In this document: piece by piece, positions 54,292-64,000 of the stretch
How the letters are laid out: every line of letters begins with the position of its first letter
Position numbering within the stretch: position 1 is the first letter of the stretch
Assembly: GCA_951406725.2 (NCBI GenBank)
Contig: OX597837.1
Span: forward strand, 25,482,001-25,546,000
Source: Octopus vulgaris
Lineage: Eukaryota
Reading direction: 5' to 3'
DNA: 64,000 bases
Notes under the pieces: generated by a model
Seen by the model: only the letters and a program-made list of their open reading frames with translations
Database searches by the model: none
Told to the model about the DNA's origin: nothing
Position numbers and translations under genes: made by a program

Positions 54292-55638
54292 ATGTATGTA
54301 TTGTGCATGAGTGTTTACATTTTCTACACTTATCATCATTGAAGTGAAGCAGTGCTGTTGTTGATAGTCTTTGTTGATGTTATGGCCAGTTGCTTGTTTC
54401 TTTCAAAGTCCTGTGGAATAAAGTTGTCCCTTTCTTGGAAAACAGATGAGGGTTGGTGACTAGAAGAGCATCCAGCTGTAAAAATCCAAACCTGTGCTAG
54501 CATGGGAAAATGGTCTTCCAATGAAGAAATGGAGAACTATGTGTGCATACCATAGTATGACAGAATCAATCAGACCATCAGATGCTATTGTATACCGCTG
54601 GTCACAATACGCTTCCAATTCTGTGTTGATTGCACCATATTTTCCATCTTGACCAAATGTGCGCACATGTGCATGTCTGCCTGCACACACACACAAAATT
54701 ATCACCATTTAACATCCATGTTCCATAGTTTGGAAGGTTTATCAGGATCCAATGGGCTCAAGGAGCGCATTGTGCTCCAGTGTCTGCTTTGACATGGTTT
54801 CTATTGCTGGATGCCCTTCCTAACGCCAACCACTACAGTGAGTACTGAATGCTCCCTTTTTAAAAAAATTTTTTGGGTGGCACCAGCACTAACGAGGTTG
54901 CCATACAGCTGCAAGCCTATGAAACCCAAGGAGAAGGATCTTAGACTAGTAGAGGAGGGTTAATAGTAGTCACTCAAATTTGACTATATTGGAATTTGAC
55001 TAATGTGTGTAAAATTTTGACTGGTTCTAGAATACAATTGGAAAGAAAACGTTAAAATACCCCCACTTCCCCTTTGCAATATATTTGTCATGTTAATATA
55101 TTCCACAGCCTCCATTCTTCAATTTTGACCTCACCATTCTGCAATTGTTTGTGGTGTTAAGTGTATCCTATTGTGGCGCCTTCCAAAACAGATTTAAAGG
55201 AAGTTAATTCATTAATTATGTTTGTTCCATTAAATTTCTGCCATTTCTCAGAAACCAGGAGTGGTTATCTGTGTGGACAATAAGGTAACAGATAGCATGG
55301 ATAAAGATTTTCTTATATAAATATTTATCATCTCTATTACTAATATCTCCTCCTCCCACACACACACAATTTTTTATCTCCCATGGTGGATTGTACCACA
55401 CACTTTTTACAGCTGTGGAGTGATGAGATACAATTAAAAATATTTGCTACTCAATTTCCCCTGTATTCTTTTTATAACAGTTATTTTTCTCCTTTTTATT
55501 AATTTAACCAATGTTCTGTCTTCATTCATCATTAACCACAACCATTCTGTCTTCCTTCATTAGTCATTAATTAAATTCCACTGTTTTGTCTTTGTGAATC
55601 ATTAAAACTCAAGCTTTGTCTTTAATGTCCTTTTGTAG

Positions 55639-55778
55639 GTTCTTCGAGATGAACCGAAATCAAGGCGAGAGGTAGATCTTCATCTAAGAGCCAATGGTTG
55701 TAAGAACATAGTCAAAATTATAGATGTTTATTACCATCCGTTCCCCAAAGTTCCATCAATCTTAGTTGTTATGGAATG
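55639..55778 (+). CDS. MAPKAPK2: Internal coding exon of a MAPKAP kinase 2/3-family Ser/Thr kinase (equivalent to vertebrate exon 2; alphaC helix to beta5)
   Basis: Acceptor tgtccttttgtag| and donor tg|gtaagt. Open frame VLRDEPKSRREVDLHLRANGCKNIVKIIDVYYHPFPKVPSILVVME+tg aligns to MK2 [47 protein letters not shown]. The exon is 140 nt, phase 0 in and phase 2 out. Neither the upstream Gly-loop exon nor the downstream GGELF exon was found in the window. Confidence 0.9.
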
Positions 55779-55795
55779 GTAAGTTTCCAGTAGTG

Positions 55796-55842
<47 letters not shown>

Positions 55843-56212
55843 CTACATTTGTTTTTTGTTTTTTCCTTGTTTTTTCTTGTTCAAGTGGATGAGAAATAAT
55901 AATTATGATGTCGCAGTCAACATTACCTCACACACACACACTCTTTCTCACACACACAAATACATAGACTCTTTCACATATGCATGAACATGCAAATATA
56001 TATAACCTGAAGATTGACTGTAACCATTACTCGAATTATTACGAATTGTACAGCCATGAAACGATCGTAGTGTTTTACTCTTTATCTTTTATTAAACTTT
56101 TAATACTTTTGATATATATTTAAAATAATATAAATTAATTAATTTTATGTATTGGCTTATGTTTTTCATTGTTTGATTTGCCTAATGGTGGCTTTATCTC
56201 TAATTTAATATA

Positions 56213-56261
<49 letters not shown>

Positions 56262-56449
56262 ACAGGCTTCATTCAGTTTCCATCCATCAGATTCACTCAC
56301 AAAGCTTCATTATCATCATCAATTCACACATATCCATTTTTCTGTACTGACATGAGTCTTGCAACATCTCACTATTCACCACAGCCCTGTGGATCACAGC
56401 CTATATAGTTATGAAACAAAGGGTTATTTCTTCTTCCTATATTGTAAAA

Positions 56450-56695
56450 GGTGCGTGGCTTAGTGGTTAGGGTGTCAGCATCATGATCGTAAGATTGTGG
56501 TTTCGATTCCTGGACTGGGTGACGCGTTGTGTTCTTGAGCAAAACACTTCATTTCACGTTGCTCCAGTCCACTCAGCTGGCAAAAATGAGTAATACTGTG
56601 ATGGACTGGCGTCCCATCCAGCTGGGGAACACATATGCCATGGAAACCAAGAAACCGGGCCCATGAACCTGGCTAGGCTTTAAAAGGGTGCATTT
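56450..56695 (+). mobile_element. tRNA-headed SINE with CORE-like and V-like blocks
   Basis: gtggcttagtggttag...ggtttcgattcc, gttcttgagcaaaacactt and gatggactggcgtcccatccag. Confidence 0.7.
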
Positions 56696-56884
56696 ATTTT
56701 TTATTTTATATTGCATAAACATTCCCTTCAAAGTGAGAGCTAATACTTCAGTTTTTAGTCCAGGATAACTTGATTGTCAGTGTCACTGTCATTTTGAAGC
56801 CATCTAGGAATGTGGCTATACATGACCGTTTGCAGACCGGTATGTATGCAGGCTCTCTTCTTATGACTTGCTTGGTAGAGTTGT

Positions 56885-57272
56885 GTGGAGGCGCAATGGC
56901 CCAGTGGTTAGGGCAGCGGACTCGCGGTCGTATGATTGTGGTTTCGATTCCCAGACCGGGCGTTGTGAGTGCTTATTGAGCGAAAACACCTAAAGCTCCA
57001 CGAGGCTCCGGCAGGGGATGGTGGTGATCCCTGCTGTACTCTTTCACCACAACTTTCTCTCGCTCTTACTTCCTGTTTCTGTTGTACCTGTATTTCAAAG
57101 GGGGCCGGCCTTGTCACTCTCTGTGTCACGCTGAATATCCCCGAGAACTACGTTAAGGGTACACGTGTCTGTGGAGTGCTCAGCCACTTACACGTTAATT
57201 TCACGAGCAGGCTGTTCCGTTGATCGGATCAACCGGAACCCTCATCGTCGTAACCGACGGAGTGCTTAAGAG
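56885..57272 (+). mobile_element. Full-length tRNA-derived SINE (tail A)
   Basis: A box tggcccagtgg, B box ggtttcgattccc; TSD ggtagagttgt(gt) at 56874 and 57273. Confidence 0.92.
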
Positions 57273-57630
57273 GGTAGAGTTGTGTAACATCTGTGGGTCA
57301 TCAGTTAAGGATTACTTTAGAAGATGTGTTATGTAGTCATCTCTTCAGTTGTCACGCACAGTATGTGATTCATCTGCTGAACATCTGATAGTTTCATGTC
57401 TTCACTAACATACGAATAAAATGAATAAAAAAGGCATGGAAAATGGCTATTGTTAATGCAGTTTTAGTATTGCTGAATGATTGAATATCTTTTTGCATAA
57501 TTTGTAACCACCTTTCAGAGTAGGACAAATTCAATTTGTTGAGAAATAAACCATTTTTGCTTTGGAATTTTCTTTAATAAATATTGATGGAAATATTTGC
57601 GTTTGCCAATTCTGATCTTTTAAAAATTGG

Positions 57631-57738
57631 AAATATTAGTGTATCAAATATTAGTGTATCAAATATTAGTGTATCAAATATTAGTGTATCAAATATTAGT
57701 GTATCAAATATTAGTGTATCAAATATTAGTGTATCAAA
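57631..57738. repeat. 15-bp minisatellite (aaatattagtgtatc) x7
   Basis: Perfect copies. Confidence 0.95.
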
Positions 57739-58811
57739 CTCAAGAAGAATGTGAAAGTGGAGGGAACAAGGTTTCATATTGAACTTGACACTCTGTCACC
57801 GACAGATTTAAACTAGAGCAGAATTTGAAAATGAAGGGAGCAGTGTTTCAAATTTGAACTTGGCACTATATCACGGACAGGTTTAACCCTTTAGTGTTTA
57901 AACCGGCTGTATCTGGCCCAAATATTCTGCTCATTTTATGCTCAAACTGGCCAGAACCAGTATCTCACACTTCCCCTACAATGTCATTCTAAAAATAAAC
58001 AATTACATCTTTCAAATCTTGAAGCTACAAGATAATACCAGATTAATTTTTTAAAATGTAAATGAATAAGGATTACTTTTGACATTAATTTGAATGCTAA
58101 AGGGTTAAAAGAATGTTCTTCCTTCTACTCTTACATCTCTTAACTCCTTAAACCATTTCTTATCCTTCAAATCCCCTCTCTCCACCTCTTTTCCCTTCAT
58201 CTCCCTACAAACTTTGCCTACTTCTCCTCATTCCATTACTCATTCCTCTTTCCTTCTTACACTGTTTCTCCTACCAATTCATGTCCACATACGAAGCTCA
58301 CAAGGTCCTCTATTCCTTATCAGCTGCAGCCAGATTTTTTTTTCTTTTTTCTCTCAGTCGATGTAAAATTCTGCTGTTTTTCATTAATTTCTCTCCTTTC
58401 AACTTTTCCCTCAAGAGAGGTCTGCACCCCAAACATTAGAATTTCCTACTCCTTATGGCAAGTTCACTGTACTCTTTTCGTAGATTTTACTATAAGTTTT
58501 GCTGATGCGAAACAATACCAGGAGATCTACTGGAAATGTGGGTTCAAGCCCTACAAATAGCTTTCAACTTTTTCTATTAAAAAGGGTTTTATGATCCAAT
58601 ATTTTTATGGCATTATTTAAAGCTTTATATGTATGCTTTAAGATATACTGTTCCAAAAACGAATCAATGGAATTTGTATCTTTGTGGTACCAGTGCCGGT
58701 GGCACATAAGAAAACCATCCGAACGTGGCCGTAGCCAGTACCGCACTAACTGGCCTCCGTGCTGTGGGCACGTAACAAACACCATCCGATCGTGTCCGTT
58801 CGCCAGCCGTT

Positions 58812-59240
58812 CACCAGCCTCGTCTGGCACCTGTGTCGGTGGCACATAAAAAACACCATCCGAACGTGGCCGTCTGCCAGCCTCGTCTGGCACCTGTGTC
58901 GGTGGCACATAAAAAACACCATCCGAGCATGGCCGTTCACCAGCCTCGTCTGGCACCTGTGTCGGTGGCACATAAAAAACACCATCCGAGCGTGGCCGTT
59001 CACCAGCCTCGTCTGGCACCTGTGTCGGTGGCACATAAAAAACACCATCCGAGCGTGGCCGTTCACCAGCCTCGTCTGGCACCTGTGTCGGTGGCACATA
59101 AAAAACACCATCCGAACGTGGCCGTCTGCCAGCCTCGTCTGGCACCTGTGTCGGTGGCACATAAAAAACACCATCCGAGCGTGGCCGTTCACCAGCCTCG
59201 TCTGGCACCTGTGTCGGTGGCACATAAAATCACCCACTAC
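58812..59240 (+). repeat. 63-bp tandem array (~7 copies) inside the (GAT)n-tailed SINE-like element
   Basis: Period 63 (58821 to 58884); two alternating variants, gaacgtggccgtctg and gagcgtggccgttca. Confidence 0.95.
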
Positions 59241-59948
59241 ACTCTCGGAGTGGTTGGCGTTAGGAAGGGCATCCAGCTGTAGAAACACTGCTAGCATGGA
59301 AAGCGGACGTTAAACGATGATGATGATGATACATTCCCTTGAAAGTTTATAAAAAAATTATGGCATCACACATATATATATATATATAGGGAGAATTCAC
59401 AAAAAAAAACAAAAGATGAAAACAGGTGGTGTAGAAAACAAATAGATGTATTAGTATAACACTCGGGAATTGAAAAAGTCTTTTACGTTTTGAGCCTATG
59501 CTCTTCCACAGAAAGGAACAAGGAGAGAAAATAAAGAATGTGTGTATTGGCTACCGATATACTCTTTTACTCTTTTACTTGTTTCAGTCATTTGACTGCG
59601 GCCATGCTGGAGCACCGCCTTTAATCGAGCAACTCGACCCCGGGACTTATTCTTTGTAAGCCCAGTACTTATTCTATCGGTCTCTTTAGCCGAACCGCTA
59701 AGTGACGGGGACATAAACACACCAGCATCGGTTGTCAAGCAATGCTAGGGAGACAAATACAGACACACAAACATACATGCACACATATATATATATATAC
59801 ATATATACGATGGGCTTTTTTCAGTTTCTGTCTACCAAATCCACTCACAAGGCTTTGGTCGGCCCGAAGCTATAGTAGGCTATAGTGGGACTGAATCCAG
59901 AACCATGTGGTTGGTAAACAAGCTACTTACCACACAGCCACTCCTGCA

Positions 59949-59989
<41 letters not shown>

Positions 59990-60789
59990 ACATCATATGT
60001 TTATATATATATCCTTCAGTTACAGTTTTGTACAGTAAGATATGCTTTGTTGCACACAGACACCCACAGACACACCTACATACATCACAGTTGATATACA
60101 CAATTGTTATTCACTCGCCCACAAACATTGATATCTTCTCCAGTTTGATGACAGCTTGTTTGTATACACATTCAAACACACACACACACACACACATACA
60201 CAGGAGTTAGTTTCTACATAGTTGGTTGACTAATGACTAAAACATTCCAACTATGTTTGTCCTGTCATGCAAGGGTATGTAGATATACATATGTATAGGA
60301 TGACATCCGTATATGTCATGCTTGTCCATGAGGGCTTTGCCCTGATCAACCTTTTGTCCCCACCCACGTTTCATTCCCTGACACCCATTGCTTTCTCTAT
60401 TAACTATTTCTTTATTACCCACAAGGGGCTAAACATAGCGGGGACAAACAAGGACAGGCATAGGTATTAAGTCGATTACTCGACCCCAGTGCATAACTGG
60501 TACTTAATTTATTGACCCCGAAAGGATGAAAGGCAAAGTCGACCTAGGGCAAGTGTCTTCTACTGTAGCTTCAGACTAACCAAAGCCTTGCAAGTGGATT
60601 TGGTAGACAAAAACTGAATGGAGCCCGTCGTATTATAACCTGTAGTGGAGAACAGTCAACACATTGTGCTGAGGCTGACCAAAGAATTTTATTTTTAGAT
60701 ATATCTGGGGTACTTATATGTACTCATGATTTTTGCTTCGGCTTTTTCCATGGGCACATGTAAGTATCTTATTTATATCCTTTCATATG

Positions 60790-60849
60790 TTCTACTGAAG
60801 AGGAAAAAATCTATTATGAGATTAATTCCGAAATTGATTCATTATAGAA
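60790..60849 (+). ncRNA. Type I hammerhead motif (stem III imperfect)
   Basis: ttcta CUGAAGA GGAA-aaaatct attatg agatt aa-TTCC GAAA ttgattca UUA tagaa. Confidence 0.6.
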
Positions 60850-61011
60850 ATAACAAACTTTTAAAAAAAATTCTATCGGCCGGCTTCCCCGATTTCAGTT
60901 CTTCATGTTTTTTTCTGTAGCGAGTAAATAATATGTGGAAATTGACAATTTAAAAGTCTGTTATCAGCATATTGGCATTGAAATAATTTTCTTTAGCCCT
61001 CATTTATAAGT

Positions 61012-61080
<69 letters not shown>

Positions 61081-61184
61081 ACACACACATATTAGTGGGT
61101 GGTCATCCCTCTAATATGTATGTAATACAATTTACTGAACCTTCAGTTTTTAATATGCTAAATATTCAGTTTTTCACCCTCATT

Positions 61185-61226
<42 letters not shown>

Positions 61227-61407
61227 ATGTCTGTGTTTGTACCCCCCACCTCACCATCGTTTGACAACCGATACTTAGCAGTTCAGCCAAAAAGTGACTG
61301 ATAGAATAACTACTAGGCTTACAAAGAAGAGGTCCTGGGGTCGATTTGTTAGACTAAAGGTTGTGCTCCAGTATGGCCACAGTCAAATCTCTGAAACAAG
61401 TAAAAGA

Positions 61408-61456
<49 letters not shown>

Positions 61457-61998
61457 CACTATACATTTATTGTATATAATATGTATGTATGCAGATGGTT
61501 GATTTGTAGTATTTATAGAATCTGATCTGAACTTTGGCTGTTTGCCATCATCTGCTTAACTCACCCGGGGGAATGCCTTATTTTCATTCTCACTCCCCTC
61601 CCTGTGATAGAGAAGTATAGACTTATAGTTATAGAATGGTGCATGCACCTATATATATATATACACATATACATATATATATATATACACATATACATAT
61701 TGTTTGCTAGTGTTTCGCTGATGCTGTTGGTGGTAACCTGAGCTATTAACATACTTTACAGTCAACAGGTTTTACTGTTTCAGCCGAAATTCTTCTGCCG
61801 TTTCTTGCAACATCTCCTCTCCCTCGTCCTCGATCTCTCCTTTCTCAGCCCATCTGTTGGTCTGTCTATCAATACGGCTGTCTGTCTGTCTGGCTGGTTG
61901 TCTGCCTCTCTTTCTACAAAATGAAAACCTCTTTCATGTATTTTGTGTGTGTGAGCAGGTGTTTGTATTATATGTTTATATATAGGTGTGTGTGTGTG

Positions 61999-62050
<52 letters not shown>

Positions 62051-62208
62051 CTGTCAATAATAAAAGGGTAAAATTAATTAATTATTAATTAATAATTTTA
62101 CCAAGTAGTGTTCAGTATGTAAAAATACCATTTACGGTATATTTAAAACATTACGTTATATAATTAGGGTTCATTAAAAAAATTTACCTAATTATATAAC
62201 ATATATAT

Positions 62209-62286
<78 letters not shown>

Positions 62287-62679
62287 TATATATATATATA
62301 TTAATCATCATCATCAATATTTTACAGCCAATCTTCCTTACATGCATGAAATGGCTGGGTTCTTATTGGGAACAATTTACAGAGTACACTGGATGCATTT
62401 TATCATGGTGCCAGCTCTAGTGAAGTTGCCTTGCTCTCTATAAGACTAAAGATTCCTTTGTGATGAATTCATTCACTTAAAGCAAAATAGCTGAGGTGAA
62501 CAGCTGAGAGATTGGTAACAAAAGAAGCATGGTGGGTGGTTGAAGGTGATGGTAGAGACAAGCTAATTGGGGCAGAGAGTGATAGATAGTAAAGAACCAG
62601 TGGAGGTGATGACTGGCAGTATAAAGGGTTGATAGACAGGAGCAGTAAAGGGCTGATAGCCACATCATGATCTACAATG

Positions 62680-63649
62680 TATTTCTTTACTGCCCACAAG
62701 GGGCTAAACATAGAGGGGACAAACAAGGACAGACAAACGGATTAAGTCGATTACATCGACCCCAGTGTGAAACTGGTACTTTATTTATCGACCCCAAAAG
62801 GATGAAAGGCAAAGTCGACCTCAGCGGATTTTGAACTCAGAACATAACAACAGATAAAATACCTATTTCTTTATTGCCCACAAGGGGCTAAACACAGAGG
62901 GAACAAACAAGGACAGACATAGGTATTAAGTCAATTACATTGACCACAGTATGTAACTGGTACTTTATTTATCGACCCCAAAAGGATGAAAGGCAAAGTC
63001 GACCTCAGTGGATTTTGAACTCAGAACATAACGACAGATAAAATACCTATTTCTTTATTGCCCACAAGGAGCTAAACACAGAGGGAACAAACAAGGACAG
63101 ACATAGGTATTAAGTCGATTACATCGACCCCAGTGCGTAACTGGTACTTTATTTATCGACCCCAAAAGGATGAAAGGCAAAGTCGACCTCAGCGGATTTT
63201 GAACTCAGAACATAACGACAGATAAAATACTTATTTCTTTATTGCCCAACAAGGGGCTAAACATAGAGGGAACAAACAAGGACAGACATAGGTATTAAGT
63301 CAATTACATTGACCCCAGTGTGTAACTGGTACTTTATTTATCGACCCCAAAAGGATGAAAGGCAAAGTCGACCTCAGTGGATTTTGAACTCAGAACATAA
63401 CGACAGATAAAATACCTATTTCTTTATGGCCCACAAGGGGCTAAACATAGAGGGAACAAACAAGGACAGACATAGGTATTAAGTCAATTACATCGACCCC
63501 AGTGTGAAACTGGTACTTTATTTATCGACCCCAAAAGGATGAAAGGCAAAGTCGACCTCAGCGGATTTTGACCTCAGAACATAACGACAGATAAAATACC
63601 GCTAAAGATTTCGCCCGGCGTGCTAGCGTTTCTGCCAGCTCGCCGCCTA
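62680..63649 (-). mobile_element. Meta-like SINE pentamer
   Basis: Five ~185-bp bodies and one head; TSD catgatct(a/g)caatg at 62666-62679 and 63650-63663. Confidence 0.9.
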
Positions 63650-63835
63650 CATGATCTGCAATGATGCACTGCTTTCTAATCCAGAAAACCTCATGTCTCC
63701 GAGCCACTCCTCACAGAACATTTTACTTTCAAATTCTCTCCTTACTACATGTACATAATGTGTAGCTTCTCTTCTAACCATCCGGTATTGTTCCTTGCTC
63801 CTCCATTTTCTTCCAATCTGAGCATATAGAAAGAG
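63650..63835 (-). pseudogene. Decayed CR1/L2-type LINE C-terminal fragment
   Basis: MVRREATHYV...MFCEEWLGDMRFSGLE resembles VQRRATK.V...YEERL..LGLFSLE. Confidence 0.5.
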
Positions 63836-64000
63836 AAAACTATATATATTTATGAACAAGGCACAGGAGTGGCTGTGTGGTAAGTAGCTTCTTTACCAAC
63901 CACATGGTTCCAGGTTCAGTCCCACTGCGTGGCACCTTGGGCAAGTGTCTCCTACTATAGCCTCGGGCCGACCAAAGCCTTGTGAGTGGATTTGGTAGAC

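Noticed and set aside
56885-56960. Functional tRNA genes at SINE heads
   Set aside because: They continue directly into SINE bodies with TSDs and lack a proper acceptor stem and terminator.
58564-59313. Four overlapping repeat-protein ORFs; CRISPR-like look
   Set aside because: A 63-bp (multiple of three) tandem repeat within a dispersed SINE-like family; no unique spacers and no cas genes.
62680-63649. Hammerhead retrozyme interpretation of the 185-bp multimer unit
   Set aside because: No CUGANGA/GAAA core found on either strand of the unit.

Overview
AT-rich, microsatellite- and SINE-saturated animal DNA, most likely coleoid cephalopod (Octopus-like). This is inferred from the tRNA-derived SINE families and the very large (TA)n/(TATG)n tracts. 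The only convincing host coding sequence is one 140-nt + strand exon (55639-55778) of a MAPKAPK2/3 (MK2)-family kinase, so most of the window is probably intron of that gene. The rest is a fossil record of mobile DNA: several tRNA-headed SINE families, RTE and CR1-type LINE scraps, two Tc1/mariner elements, TTAA- and TA-targeting MITEs, a solo LTR with a CRE array, and Penelope-like remnants. Nearly all long ORFs in the track are microsatellite artefacts. The most interesting signals are at RNA-structure level: several sense-strand type I hammerhead ribozymes (one with an intact core at 46975-47060), a candidate tRNA-head + hammerhead + inverted-end element (43914-44430), (TA)n-embedded fold-back palindromes, head-less SINE multimers with one shared junction at four loci, and a SINE whose body is an array of predicted H-type pseudoknots. 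All family assignments come from motif recognition by eye, not from database searches.
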